Under the pieces are notes generated by a model that was not told the origin of the DNA, did not search any database, and saw nothing but the letters and a program-made list of their open reading frames with translations. A program made the position numbers and the translations under genes. This document shows positions 39,774 through 49,813 of a stretch of 64,000 nucleotides of DNA, piece after piece. The stretch spans positions 55,054 through 119,053 of the forward strand of contig JALUAG010000052.1 of assembly GCA_027045875.1 (NCBI GenBank), in the 5' to 3' direction. The first letter of the stretch is position 1; each line of letters opens with the position of its first letter. Source of the stretch: Alphaproteobacteria bacterium (GTDB taxonomy: Bacteria > Pseudomonadota > Alphaproteobacteria > Geminicoccales > Geminicoccaceae).

Positions 39774-40583
39774 TCAGGCGATGGTGTCGGGATCGCCGTC
39801 GAATTCGAGACTGCAGAAGCCGCCGCCCTCGAAGCGGTCGCCGACCGGATCGGGCGGCAGGCGGCGCTGCGCCGCCAGGGCCTCCGCGGCGTGATCCTCG
39901 GCCCGATGGCGGGGACGGTAGCCGAGGCGCCGGGCGGCCTCGTTGTCCCACCAGCCGCGCTCGTTGTCGGAAACGCCGAAGACGACCTCGTTGCGCAGCT
40001 CGGGATGCTCGAGGCCGATGCGCACGAGCTGGGCCAGATCCTCCGGATGGATCCAGATGGAGAGGCGCCGATGGTCCACCGGCCGTTCCGCCACGTTGCC
40101 GATGCGGATGCTCAGGACCCGCAGACCGTGCTTGTCGGCGTAGAGGGAGCCCAGCGCCTCGCCGAACACCTTGGAGACGCCGTAGCGGCTGTCGGGCCGC
40201 ACCCGGTGATCGACGCCGATGCGGCGCCGTCTGGGGTAGAAGCCCACCGCATGGTTCGAGGAGGCGAAGACGATCCGCCGCACCCCGTGGCGACGGGCGG
40301 CCTCGAACAGATGGTAGCAGCCCTCGATGTTGGCCTTGAGGATCGTCGGCCAGGGCCCCTCCACGGAATGGCCGCCGAGATGCACGATGCCCTCGGCGCC
40401 CGCCACGGCCCGGCAGACGGCGTCGAAATCGGCGAGGTCGGCGGCCCGGAATTCCTCGTTCGGGGCGAGATCATGGGGAGGCTCGAGGTCGCTCAGCAGG
40501 ATGCGGGGATAGACCCCGCGGAGATGCCGCCGCAGCCAGGCCGCGACCCTTCCCGAGGCGCCGGTGATGAGCACGGTTTCCAT
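39774..40583 (-). CDS. udh: Uronate dehydrogenase (NAD-dependent epimerase/dehydratase fold)
   Basis: From ATG 40583: VLITGASGRV, IVHLGG.SVE, IVFASSNHAVGFYP, YGVSK, GWWDN, PPDP...F.GG.F. This aligns closely by eye with Agrobacterium/Pseudomonas Udh. Confidence 0.8.
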   Translation of the reverse strand: METVLITGASGRVAAWLRRHLRGVYPRILLSDLEPPHDLAPNEEFRAADLADFDAVCRAVAGAEGIVHLGGHSVEGPWPTILKANIEGCYHLFEAARRHGVRRIVFASSNHAVGFYPRRRRIGVDHRVRPDSRYGVSKVFGEALGSLYADKHGLRVLSIRIGNVAERPVDHRRLSIWIHPEDLAQLVRIGLEHPELRNEVVFGVSDNERGWWDNEAARRLGYRPRHRAEDHAAEALAAQRRLPPDPVGDRFEGGGFCSLEFDGDPDTIA

Positions 40584-40768
40584 CGATTCCTCCCCTCCCG
40601 TCCGCTCGCAAGCTAGCCCGCGCGACGCGTCCTGTCGCGTCCGTTTCACGCCCCGCCGCGACGGACGCGAAACGGCTTGCCACCGCTCGCCCGCTTCCGC
40701 ACAGTAGCGCCCCGGGGAGGAGCAACGGCCCCCCGCCGCGCGAAGGGCGGCAGCGGAGAAGGGCGGAA

Positions 40769-41176
40769 ATGCCGTATCCTGTCGAGCATATCGGCGGCAT
40801 CGGCCCCAGCTACGGGGCCAAGCTCAGGGAGGCCGGGATCTGTACCACCGCCGACCTGCTGCGTGCCGGAAGCAGTCGCCACAAGCGGCGGGAGCTCGCG
40901 CGGCGCACCGGCATCGAGGAGGGGCGGCTCGCGAAATGGGTGGCGATGGCCGATTTCATGCGCATCAAGGGGATCGGCAGCCAGTACGCGGAACTGCTGG
41001 AGGCGGTGGGACTGCGCAGCGTGCGGCAGCTGCGCGGCGTGCAGGTGGAGGAGCTCGAGAGCCGGATGGTCCGGGTCAACGGCGACGGGCGGGTCACCCG
41101 CGCCCTGCCGGCCCGCAAGACCATCGCCCGCTGGATCGAACAGGCGAAGAGACTACCTCCTGCTGCGACTCCCTGA
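40769..41176 (+). CDS. DUF4332 domain protein
   Basis: 135 aa. IGGIGPSYGAKLREAGI and MRIKGIGSQYAELLEAVGL (two HhH-like repeats), with a WIEQAKRL tail. Confidence 0.75.
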   Translation: MPYPVEHIGGIGPSYGAKLREAGICTTADLLRAGSSRHKRRELARRTGIEEGRLAKWVAMADFMRIKGIGSQYAELLEAVGLRSVRQLRGVQVEELESRMVRVNGDGRVTRALPARKTIARWIEQAKRLPPAATP

Positions 41177-41196
41177 ACACGGAAAGGAGGGCCAAG

Positions 41197-41493
41197 TTGG
41201 GGTTCGGTGACTTCTTCAGACGACTCCTGGGGGGCGGCGGGGAGCGCGCGGCGCCCAAGGGGGAAAGCGTCGAGTATCAGGGCTACAGCATCACGCCGAC
41301 GCCGATGGCCCAGGGCGGCCAGTATCTGACCGCCGGCATCATCGCCAAGGAGACGCCCGAGGGGCGGAAGGAGCATCGTTTCATCCGCGCCGACACCCAT
41401 GCCAGTGCCGAGGCGGCGGCCAGTTTCGCGGTCCGCAAGGGCCAGCAGATCATCGACGAACTCGGCGACCGCATTTTCGAGCGCAAGGACTGA
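41197..41493 (+). CDS. Small protein resembling the family annotated as 'HlyU family transcriptional regulator' in alphaproteobacteria
   Basis: TTG start at 41197 with an AAGGAGG RBS 7 nt upstream. 98 aa. ...GGQYLTAGIIAKE..GRKEHRFIRAD matches this family from memory only. Confidence 0.55.
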   Translation: MGFGDFFRRLLGGGGERAAPKGESVEYQGYSITPTPMAQGGQYLTAGIIAKETPEGRKEHRFIRADTHASAEAAASFAVRKGQQIIDELGDRIFERKD

Positions 41494-41514
41494 CAGGGGG
41501 CGGCGGGTCGCGGC

Positions 41515-42501
41515 TCAGCGGCTGCGCCCTTCCTCCACCGCATGGCAGGCGACGCGCCGTTCGCCCCGGGGCAGGGGATGCGGCCGTTCCCGGCGGCAGC
41601 GTGCGTCGGCGAGCGGGCAGCGGGGATGGAAGGCGCAGCCCGCGGGCGGGTCGATGGGGGAGGGGGTCTCGCCACGCAGCTCGGCGCGGCCACCGCGCCG
41701 CCGTCTTCTGGGATCGGCCACCGGCGTCGCCGCGAGGAGTGCCCGCGTGTAGGGATGCAGCGGTTCCGCGAACAGCGCCTCCCGCGGCCCCTGCTCGACC
41801 GGCCGGCCGAGATACATGACCATGATCTCGTCGGCGATGTAGCGCACCACCGAGAGATCGTGGCTGATGAACAGATAGGCGAGCCCCAGCTCCGTCTGCA
41901 GATCCTCGAGGAGATTGAGGACCTGGGCCTGGATCGAAAGGTCGAGGGCGGACACGGGCTCGTCCAGCACCACGAGCCTGGGCTCCAGCATCAGCGCCCG
42001 GGCGACGGCGATGCGCTGGCGCTGCCCGCCCGAGAACATGTGCGGATAGCGACGTGCGAGCTCGGGCCGGAGCCCCACCCGGCGCATCATCGCCGCCACC
42101 GCCTCGCGGCGTTCGGCGGCGGTCATGGCGGTGTTGATGAGCAGCGGTTCGGCGAGGATGGTCTCGATCTTCTGGCGCGGGTTGAGGGAGCCGTAGGGAT
42201 CCTGGAAGACGATCTGGACGCTGCGGCGCAGGCGCCTGCGCGCCTCGCGGTCGGCCGTGGCCACCGGTGTCCCGTCGATCACGAGCTCGCCCGAGGTGGG
42301 CGGTTCGATCATGGTGACCATGCGGGCGAGGGTGGATTTGCCGCAACCGGACTCCCCCACCACCGCCAGGGTACGACCGGCGTCGAGCGTGAAGCTCGCG
42401 CCGTCCACCGCCTTCAGGATCCGCCGGCGCCCGAACGCCCCGCCGCCCACCGGATAGTGCCGACGCAGATCCCGCGCCTCCACCACCGGCACCGCGGTCA
42501 T
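41515..42501 (-). CDS. dppF: Dipeptide ABC transporter ATP-binding protein
   Basis: 328 aa. Walker [10 protein letters not shown], signature [15 protein letters not shown], and a C-terminal oligopeptide-type extension (GCAFHPRCP). Confidence 0.9.
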   Translation of the reverse strand: MTAVPVVEARDLRRHYPVGGGAFGRRRILKAVDGASFTLDAGRTLAVVGESGCGKSTLARMVTMIEPPTSGELVIDGTPVATADREARRRLRRSVQIVFQDPYGSLNPRQKIETILAEPLLINTAMTAAERREAVAAMMRRVGLRPELARRYPHMFSGGQRQRIAVARALMLEPRLVVLDEPVSALDLSIQAQVLNLLEDLQTELGLAYLFISHDLSVVRYIADEIMVMYLGRPVEQGPREALFAEPLHPYTRALLAATPVADPRRRRRGGRAELRGETPSPIDPPAGCAFHPRCPLADARCRRERPHPLPRGERRVACHAVEEGRSR

Positions 42502-43499
42502 CGCACACCCTCCGCGGCCCCGGGATGGCCCTCGGGCACCCCGCCGACCAGCGGATAGTGGCAGCGTGCCCGGCCCAGCGCGGCGGCGGCCGGCCGCGGC
42601 GGCTCGCGGCGACAGCGCTCGGTGGCGAAGCGGCAGCGGGGGTGGAACAGGCAGCCCTCGGGTCGGTCCCAGAGACCCGGGACGACGCCCGGGATGGCCG
42701 CGAGGCGCCGGCCGATGTTGCGTTCGGGAAGCGCGTCGAGGAGGGCACGGGTGTAGGGATGGTGGGGATCCTCGAACAGGCCGAAGACGTCCTGCTGCTC
42801 CACCTGCTGGCCCGCGTACTGCACCACCACCCGTTCGGCGGTCTCCGCCACCACGCCCATGGCGTGGGTGATCAGCACCATCGCCATGCCCTGCTCGCGG
42901 CGCAGCTCGAGGAGGAGATCGAGGATCTGGGCCTGGATCGTAACGTCGAGGGCGGTGGTGGGCTCGTCGGCGATCAGCAGCTTCGGCCGGCAGGCGATGG
43001 CCATGGCGATCATCACCCGCTGGTTCATGCCGCCCGAGAGCTGGTGGGGAAAGGCGCGCAGGCGCTCCGCCGGCGACGGGATGCCGACCTTGTCCAGCAG
43101 TTCGAGGGCGCGCCGGCGCCGCTCCTCGCGGCGGCCGCCGAGATGGGTCCGGATCGCCTCGTCGATCTGGAAACCGACGGTGAAACAGGGATTGAGGGAG
43201 CTCGTCGGCTCCTGGAAGATCATCGCCATGTCCTTGCCGACGATGCGGCGACGATCTCCGGCGCTCATGGCGAGCAGGTCGTGGCCGGCGAAGGCGAGCC
43301 GTGTGGCGGTGACACGCGCCGTCGGCGGCAGCAGCCCCATCACCGCCAGCATGGCCACCGACTTGCCGGATCCCGATTCGCCGACGATGGCGACCAGCTC
43401 CCCCGGGTCCACCTCGAGACTGATACCGTCGACCGCCCGCAACATGCCGCCGGCGACCGGGAACTCGACCGTGAGATCGCGGATCTCGAGTAGGCTCAT
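42498..43499 (-). CDS. dppD: Dipeptide ABC transporter ATP-binding protein
   Basis: From ATG 43499: [13 protein letters not shown], Walker [10 protein letters not shown], signature [15 protein letters not shown]-terminal GCLFHPRC. The ATG overlaps the dppC stop. Confidence 0.9.
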   Translation of the reverse strand: MSLLEIRDLTVEFPVAGGMLRAVDGISLEVDPGELVAIVGESGSGKSVAMLAVMGLLPPTARVTATRLAFAGHDLLAMSAGDRRRIVGKDMAMIFQEPTSSLNPCFTVGFQIDEAIRTHLGGRREERRRRALELLDKVGIPSPAERLRAFPHQLSGGMNQRVMIAMAIACRPKLLIADEPTTALDVTIQAQILDLLLELRREQGMAMVLITHAMGVVAETAERVVVQYAGQQVEQQDVFGLFEDPHHPYTRALLDALPERNIGRRLAAIPGVVPGLWDRPEGCLFHPRCRFATERCRREPPRPAAAALGRARCHYPLVGGVPEGHPGAAEGVR

Positions 43500-44416
43500 G
43501 AGCGCTTCAGCTTCGGATCGAGGACGTCGCGCAGGCCGTCGCCGACGAGGTTGATGGCCAGCACGGTGAACAGGATCGCCATGCCGGGGAAGGTCACCAC
43601 CCACCAGGCGCGCAGGATGAACTCGCGGGCATCCGCCAGCATCGTTCCCCATTCCGGGGTCGGCGGCTGGGCGCCCATGCCGAGGAAACCGAGGGCGGCC
43701 ATGTCCAGCACGGCGGTGGAGAAGCTGAGGGTGGCCTGGACGATGAGCGGCGGCATGCAGTTGGGCAGCACGGTGACGAACATCAGCCGCGCGAGCCCGG
43801 CGCCGGCGACGCGGCTTCCCGTCACGTAGTCGCGGGACAGCTCGGCCAGGGTCGCGGCGCGGGTGAGGCGCACGAAATGCGGCAGGTAGACGATGGCGAT
43901 GGCGAACATGGCGTTGAACAGGCCGGGTCCCATGATGGCCACCACGACCAGCGCCAGCAGCAGCCCCGGGATGGCGATCAGCACGTCCATCAGCCGCATC
44001 ACGAGGGTGTCGATCCAGCCGCGGAAGAAACCGGCGAAGAGGCCGATGGTGATGCCGCCCAGGAGCGAGAGCACGATCACCAGGAAACCGATGGACAGCG
44101 AGTAGCGGGAACCGAAGATGATCCGCGAGAGGATGTCGCGGCCGGTGGCGTCGGTGCCGAGCGGAAAGCGCCAGCTGCCGCCCTCCTGCCAGACCGGCGG
44201 GGTGAGAAAGGCGTCGCGGTACTGCACGTCCGGCGCGTGGGGGGCGACGAGGTCGGCCAGCAGTGCGACGGCCACCAGCAGCAGGAGAAAGACGAGACCG
44301 GCGACGGCGCCCCGGTTCTGTCGGTAGTCGTGCCAGAATTCGCGGAACGGACCGGGCGGTTCGGGTCCGAGGGCATCCTCGGCGGGCCGATCGAGGGTTT
44401 CGGGCGCGCGCGCCAT
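43496..44416 (-). CDS. dppC: Dipeptide ABC transporter permease
   Basis: From ATG 44416: [17 protein letters not shown] and an EAA loop ([23 protein letters not shown]). The track ORF's upstream extension is shadow over dppB. Confidence 0.9.
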   Translation of the reverse strand: MARAPETLDRPAEDALGPEPPGPFREFWHDYRQNRGAVAGLVFLLLLVAVALLADLVAPHAPDVQYRDAFLTPPVWQEGGSWRFPLGTDATGRDILSRIIFGSRYSLSIGFLVIVLSLLGGITIGLFAGFFRGWIDTLVMRLMDVLIAIPGLLLALVVVAIMGPGLFNAMFAIAIVYLPHFVRLTRAATLAELSRDYVTGSRVAGAGLARLMFVTVLPNCMPPLIVQATLSFSTAVLDMAALGFLGMGAQPPTPEWGTMLADAREFILRAWWVVTFPGMAILFTVLAINLVGDGLRDVLDPKLKRS

Positions 44417-45429
44417 CAGGCCCTCCGGTGCCGGATGCGGGGGTTGATCAGCCCGTAGAGGAGATCGACCACGAGATTGACCAGCATCACCAGGCTCGCG
44501 ATCAGCAGAAGGCCGCCCTGCACCGCCGGATAGTCGCGGCGGAAGATGGAATCGACGAGCCACTTGCCGACGCCGGGCCAGGAGAAGATGGTCTCGGTGA
44601 GGATGGCGCCGGCCAGCAGCACGCCGACCTGCAGGCCGATCGTGGTGACCACCGGGATGAGCGCGTTCCTGAGGGCGTGGAGCCCGATCACCCGCCGGGG
44701 CGGCAGGCCCTTGGCACGGGCGGTGCGCACATAGTCCTCGCCCAGCACCTCCAGCATCGCCGAACGGGTCTGGCGGGCGATCACCGCGAGCGGAATGGTG
44801 CCCAGCACCGCGGTGGGCAGGATCAGATGGCGGAGGGCGGACAGGAAGGCTCCTTCCTGATCCGAGAGCAGGGTGTCGATCAGCATGAAGCCGGTGACCG
44901 GCTCCACGTAGTAGAGCAGCGACAGCCGCCCGGAGACCGGGGTCCAGCCCAGGATGCCGGAGAACAGGATGATGAGCAGCAGCCCCCACCAGAAGATGGG
45001 CATCGAATAGCCGGTCAGGGTCACCGCCATGACGCTGTGGTCGAACACGGTCCCGCGGCGCACGGCAGCCAGGATGCCCACCGGCAGTCCGATCACCACC
45101 GCCAGCAGGATGGCGCAGAGGGAGAGTTCGAGGGTGGCCGGAAAGAGGGTCAGGAATTCCCGGATCACCGGCTGTTTCGTGACGATGGAGCGGCCGAGAT
45201 CGCCCTGCAGCACGTCGCCGAGATAGCCGAGGTACTGCTCCCAGAGGGGCCGGTCGAACCCCAGCTCGCGCATCAGCCGGGCGTGGCGTTCGGGGCTCAC
45301 GCCCCGCTCGCCGGCCAGGATCTCGATGGGATCCCCGGGGAGCAGGCGGATGAACAGGAAGGCGATCAGCGTCACCCCGAGGAAGGTGGGGATCAGCAGA
45401 CCCAGTCGTGTCAGCAGAAAGCGCAGCAA
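44416..45429 (-). CDS. dppB: Dipeptide ABC transporter permease
   Basis: 337 aa. [34 protein letters not shown] and an EAA loop ([15 protein letters not shown]). Confidence 0.9.
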   Translation of the reverse strand: MLRFLLTRLGLLIPTFLGVTLIAFLFIRLLPGDPIEILAGERGVSPERHARLMRELGFDRPLWEQYLGYLGDVLQGDLGRSIVTKQPVIREFLTLFPATLELSLCAILLAVVIGLPVGILAAVRRGTVFDHSVMAVTLTGYSMPIFWWGLLLIILFSGILGWTPVSGRLSLLYYVEPVTGFMLIDTLLSDQEGAFLSALRHLILPTAVLGTIPLAVIARQTRSAMLEVLGEDYVRTARAKGLPPRRVIGLHALRNALIPVVTTIGLQVGVLLAGAILTETIFSWPGVGKWLVDSIFRRDYPAVQGGLLLIASLVMLVNLVVDLLYGLINPRIRHRRA

Positions 45430-45566
45430 CGGCGTTCGGTCCCGTCGACCTCGAGGCGGCCCGGCGAATGGTCGGGGGATGCTTTACGCGCACCGCTCCG
45501 GGCCCGCAATGGCGTCGCGCGGACGGGGGAGCTGCGACGATCGTGCGCGGCGTGCAAGCTTCCGGG

Positions 45567-48500
45567 TCAGAGGCCGGCGGCGGAGCCGTCGGCGACGTCG
45601 CCGGCCTGGAGGGAGGCGAGGCGGGTGCGCAGCCGTTCGACGAGGGCGCTCGTGTCCGCCGTTACCTGTCGTGGATCGCCGGTGATGGCGAGCGGCGTGG
45701 TCATCAGCTCGAACAGGGTCTCCACGGTCAGCGCCGGATTTCTCTCGGCGACCAGCCGGGCGATCCGGGCCACCGCCTCCCGCGATCCGCGCCGCCAGAG
45801 GGCGGTGCCCACCCGCAGCGCTCGCAAGGCGTCCTCCTCGCTCAGCAGCTTGCGCCCGGCGAACTGGTTCACGATGGGTTGGGCCAGCGCGGCCAACCGC
45901 TCCCAATCGCGGGCGAGCCAGGCGGCGTCCAGACGAACGGTGAACGCGCGCGGATCCTCGATGCCCTCGAGGGCGCTCAGCGCCCCCCAGGGATTCCCGC
46001 GGGCGAGTTCGACGCGAGCCGCGAGCAGCCGCCCTTCCACACGGTCCCTCCCGACACCGGTGGCGGCGAGCTGGAGGGCCAGTTTCCCCGCCTCGTCGAA
46101 AGCCCCCCGTGCGAGGTCGGCGCGCGCCTGCAGCCGGGCGAAGGCCCGCCGCAGAGGGCCGGTCGCGACCACCGGCAGCCGTTCTTCGAGGAGCACCGCG
46201 GCGACTTCGGGAAGGCCCGCGTCGAGCAGGCCGCGGGCGAGGTCGAGGGTGATGCGATCACCCGCCTCGCCCGGCGGCAGCAGCTCCACGTAGCGGCGAT
46301 AGAGCTCGAGACGCACGAACAGGGGCAGCGGCGGATCGGCCCCGGGATCGAGGGCGGTGGCCAGAGCTACGGCCATTTCCGCGGGCAGGCCGACACTCGG
46401 CGCGGCGTCGGGATAGCGCCCCAGCAGCTCCCGCCAGACCGCGAGTGCCTGCGGGATGCGGCCCAGCGTGCGTTCGAGACGACCGAGCTCCCGCAGCATG
46501 GTGGGCTCCCAGGGGTGTCCGCGCCAGAAGGCGCGCTGGCGCAGGAAGGCATCGCGGGCCGCCGCCTCGTCGATGCGCCCGGCCTGGCGATCGAGATTGA
46601 CGAGCGCGAACTCCGCCTTGGTGGCGGTGATCCAGGGAGCTTCCTCGACGAGACGGGCGAGGAGCCTGCGCGCTTCGGTACCGGCGCCATCGCGGTCGAG
46701 GGTCAGGGCCTCGATGAAGCGCAGTTCGTCGCGCTGGGCGGCGGTCAGCGGCAGCTGGTCGAGGCGGTCGAGCCAGGTGAAGGCGCTCGCCGCATCGCCG
46801 TTCTGGGCGGCGATCATGACCGCCATCAGTCCCAGGCGGAAACGCAGCGCCGGGGGATAGGATTCGAGAATGCCCCGCGAACGTTCGAGCTCCTCGGCGG
46901 CCAGATCCCAGCTGTTCTCGCGGGCCGCCAGCACCGCTCGCCAGAGCGCCATCTCGCGGTCGTCCTCGAGCAGCGGATTGCGCAGATGCCGAGCCGCCGC
47001 GGCGTTCCGTCCCAGGAGCAGCGAGGAGGCGCCGGCCAGCGCCGCCCGCCGCTTCGAGAGCTCGGGATCCTCCTCGATCACCGGCGAGCCGGTGGTGGCG
47101 AGGAGCTGGGCCAGCGCCTCGGCGCCAAGGGCGTCCGCGAGATAGAGACGGGCGAGCTGGAGACGCAGCTCCTGTCGGGCCGGATCCTTCCGCATGGCCA
47201 GTTCGGCCACGAGGGCGCGGCGCAGCCGCCCCACCCCCTCGAGCAGCTCGGGGGCGAGTTCGGCGAGGCCCAGCGTCGTCCGCCAGGAAGGCAGGATCTG
47301 CTGCGGCTCCACCGCCTCGCTCCCTTCCGCGGCGGTCTCCGGGGGAACGGCGTCCGCTCCCGTCTCCTGCGCGGCCGTTTCTTCCCCCGGCGGTCGCGGC
47401 GGCTCGGCGGGGGGAGCGCTGGAGACACCGGGCTCGGTGGGCGGCACGGCGACATGTTCGGGGGGCGCGGCCGAAAGCGCCGGGGGTTTCTCCCCTTCGC
47501 GGGCGGATGCCACCATGGCCGGTGTCTGCGCCGCGGCGGCCGGCTCCCCCTCTCCCGCGGTCTCCGTGACCGGCGCGCGGGCGGCGGCATCCGGCGGCGC
47601 CGGTGGTCGGGCCGCCGGCTCCTCGGGTGGGAAGGCTCCGGGTTCGAGGCGCAGCCCGCCCGGACGGGTGATGGCGATGCCACCCGTCACCGCCCGCGCG
47701 CGAACCTCGGGCAGCGGCGATCGCCAGGCCACTCCCTGGGCGCTTTCGAGGAGCGAGAGGTCGACCAGCCGTCTCGGTGCCGGCAATCCGGTGCCTGGGC
47801 GATCGTAGGTGAGAACGTGGATCTCCTCGCCGGCCACGCTGTCGCGAAAGCGCAGGTGGCGACGGGCACCGGGGAACAGCAGGCGGCCCGCGGCCGCATC
47901 CGCCCGCACGGCGACCTCGGCCGCCGGCCGCTCGCCGAATCTCAGCATCCACACCGTCCCCTCGCGGCGCATGGCGACCGCCACCGGCCGTCTGAGGTCG
48001 ATGCGCAGCACCGTCGCCTGCTGGTGGGGCTCCTGGCGCAGACCGCGGATCAGAGCGCCGGCATGGAAGGCGATCTTCCTCTTCTCGGCCAGCAGGGAGC
48101 CGGCGCGGGCGTCGAAGACGAGCCAGAGCCGGCCGGCCCGCAGGAAGGCGGCGGCGCCGACCTCGAACGGCCAGAGAAAGCGCAGGACGACGGTCTCACC
48201 TTCACGGGCCGCCCGGATCTCCAGGCTCTCGGTCACCGCAGGAACGGCCGCGGCATCGGCCGCCGCCACGGCCCCGGGCTCCGTATCGCCGATCTCCGGC
48301 GACGGGACCTCTCCTGCCGCCGAGGCCGGGGCGGCGTCCGCCGCTTCGGAACCGGCCGTCCCGACATCGCCTGCCGTCGCGCCGCCCGGTCCGTCCGCGG
48401 CTTCGGCGACGGGGAGGGCGTCCGCCGAACGCCCCGCGCCGGTGCGGGGCGGGCCGGCGGCCTCCTCGCCCTTGGTCTCCCCTCCTTCCGCGGCCGCCGC

Positions 48501-49220
48501 TCCCGAAACCGGAGGCGTGTCCGCTTCGTTCTGCGGGGCGGCCTTTCGCAGGAGATCGAGCACCAGCCGGTCGGGTGGCAGCCGCATGGTTCGCGCGTCG
48601 TAGCCGTCGGCGAGGCGCAGTCGCAGTCCGCTCCCTTCCGCGGCTTCCACCGCCGCCAGCCCGTCGAGCCGCCCGAGGCGGGCGATCAGGTTCCGGCCCA
48701 GCGGGCGGGCGAAGCGCAGCGCGAGCCGGTCGCCGTCGCGTTCCAGCTCCGCCGCCGCCGCCCGTTCGCCCTCGAAGACGAGGCGGAGATAGTCCGGATG
48801 GTTGCCGATGCGGACGCCGATGGAGGCCAGCGCCTCGTCGTTGCGGCGGAACGCCACCTCGAGGCCGCCGGCGTCGTCCTTCGTGATCGTCACTTCGGTT
48901 CCCGACCGGAGCAGGAAGAAGACGCGGCCGGAGTCGGCGTCGGCGGAAACGCCGGCCACCAGCGCCCGGAGACGCGTTTCGAGGTCGCCGAGTTCGGGAA
49001 GCGGTCGGGCACCGAAGTCCAGCACCAGACGGCCGCCGCGCACGGCCGCCGTCACCGGCTGTCCGGCGAACGGGGCCACGCGCAGAGCGGCTCCCCCGTC
49101 ACGTGGCCGGAAGGAGACGGCGGGAGCGGCGCCGTCCGGGTCCGATCGGGCCGGCGCCGGAGCGGGCCCGAGAGCGGGCCCCAGAAGGAGGAGCAGCAGC
49201 AGGAGACGGCCGCCCTTCAT
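45567..49220 (-). CDS. Large secreted protein: N-terminal beta-rich (AMIN-like?) modules, Ala/Pro/Glu linkers, C-terminal ~570-aa TPR-like helical repeat region
   Basis: 1217 aa with a clear signal peptide (MKGGRLLLLLLLLGPALGPAPAPA|RS). Repeated strand-like segments (GRLVLDFGARP, DRLALRFARP, DRLVLDLL, GRLWLVFDA), two low-complexity linkers, then Leu/Ala/Arg-rich helical repeats. The ATG overlaps the stop of the upstream MotB-like gene (ATGA). Confidence 0.75.
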   Translation of the reverse strand: MKGGRLLLLLLLLGPALGPAPAPARSDPDGAAPAVSFRPRDGGAALRVAPFAGQPVTAAVRGGRLVLDFGARPLPELGDLETRLRALVAGVSADADSGRVFFLLRSGTEVTITKDDAGGLEVAFRRNDEALASIGVRIGNHPDYLRLVFEGERAAAAELERDGDRLALRFARPLGRNLIARLGRLDGLAAVEAAEGSGLRLRLADGYDARTMRLPPDRLVLDLLRKAAPQNEADTPPVSGAAAAEGGETKGEEAAGPPRTGAGRSADALPVAEAADGPGGATAGDVGTAGSEAADAAPASAAGEVPSPEIGDTEPGAVAAADAAAVPAVTESLEIRAAREGETVVLRFLWPFEVGAAAFLRAGRLWLVFDARAGSLLAEKRKIAFHAGALIRGLRQEPHQQATVLRIDLRRPVAVAMRREGTVWMLRFGERPAAEVAVRADAAAGRLLFPGARRHLRFRDSVAGEEIHVLTYDRPGTGLPAPRRLVDLSLLESAQGVAWRSPLPEVRARAVTGGIAITRPGGLRLEPGAFPPEEPAARPPAPPDAAARAPVTETAGEGEPAAAAQTPAMVASAREGEKPPALSAAPPEHVAVPPTEPGVSSAPPAEPPRPPGEETAAQETGADAVPPETAAEGSEAVEPQQILPSWRTTLGLAELAPELLEGVGRLRRALVAELAMRKDPARQELRLQLARLYLADALGAEALAQLLATTGSPVIEEDPELSKRRAALAGASSLLLGRNAAAARHLRNPLLEDDREMALWRAVLAARENSWDLAAEELERSRGILESYPPALRFRLGLMAVMIAAQNGDAASAFTWLDRLDQLPLTAAQRDELRFIEALTLDRDGAGTEARRLLARLVEEAPWITATKAEFALVNLDRQAGRIDEAAARDAFLRQRAFWRGHPWEPTMLRELGRLERTLGRIPQALAVWRELLGRYPDAAPSVGLPAEMAVALATALDPGADPPLPLFVRLELYRRYVELLPPGEAGDRITLDLARGLLDAGLPEVAAVLLEERLPVVATGPLRRAFARLQARADLARGAFDEAGKLALQLAATGVGRDRVEGRLLAARVELARGNPWGALSALEGIEDPRAFTVRLDAAWLARDWERLAALAQPIVNQFAGRKLLSEEDALRALRVGTALWRRGSREAVARIARLVAERNPALTVETLFELMTTPLAITGDPRQVTADTSALVERLRTRLASLQAGDVADGSAAGL

Positions 49221-49813
49221 GGCACCAGCACCAGGGCGGCGCGCTCGCCGTCACCGACGGCGAGGATGCGGTCCGGGGGATGCCCCATCCAGCGGCCGGC
49301 GGCGTCGCCGAGACGACGGAGCAGGCGCAGCCGTTCGACGAGCGCGAGCTCCGACGGGACCGGTACCTCGAGCCGGGTCTCCACGAGACCGGACAGTACC
49401 GGCAGCAGGATCGCTCGCAGCCGGGAGGGGGTGGACGTGGTGTCGGACGAGCGGTCGGTCAACAGGCGACGGTCGAAGCGCAGGATCACCGAACGCCCGG
49501 CGACCGCCGCCCGCAGGCCGTAGGGACGTCCGACGGCCGCCAGCCGCTGATCCAGCACCCGGGCGAGATAGGCCGCCCTGCCCGCCTCCGGTTCTGGATC
49601 GGGATCGGTGGCGCTGTGCCCGATGCGGGAGGTTGCCCGCGGCGGCTCGGTGACGGTGGGGGTCCGTCCCTGCCAGACGGTGGTCAGCGCCTGCCAGCGC
49701 TCGACGTCCAGGCGGCTCATGGCGAAAGTCAGCACGAAGAAAGCCAGCAGCAGGGCGGCCAGATCGGCGAAGGTGAGGAGCCACGGGGCGGTGCCGGGAC
49801 CGTCGCGGTTCAT
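49217..49813 (-). CDS. MotB-plug-like membrane protein with degenerate OmpA-like C-terminal domain (channel Asp retained)
   Basis: 198 aa. WLLTFADLAALLLAFFVLTFAMS parallels E. coli MotB [20 protein letters not shown], including the Asp. The periplasmic part lacks the GHTD...N..LS..RA peptidoglycan-binding signature. Confidence 0.7.
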   Translation of the reverse strand: MNRDGPGTAPWLLTFADLAALLLAFFVLTFAMSRLDVERWQALTTVWQGRTPTVTEPPRATSRIGHSATDPDPEPEAGRAAYLARVLDQRLAAVGRPYGLRAAVAGRSVILRFDRRLLTDRSSDTTSTPSRLRAILLPVLSGLVETRLEVPVPSELALVERLRLLRRLGDAAGRWMGHPPDRILAVGDGERAALVLVP

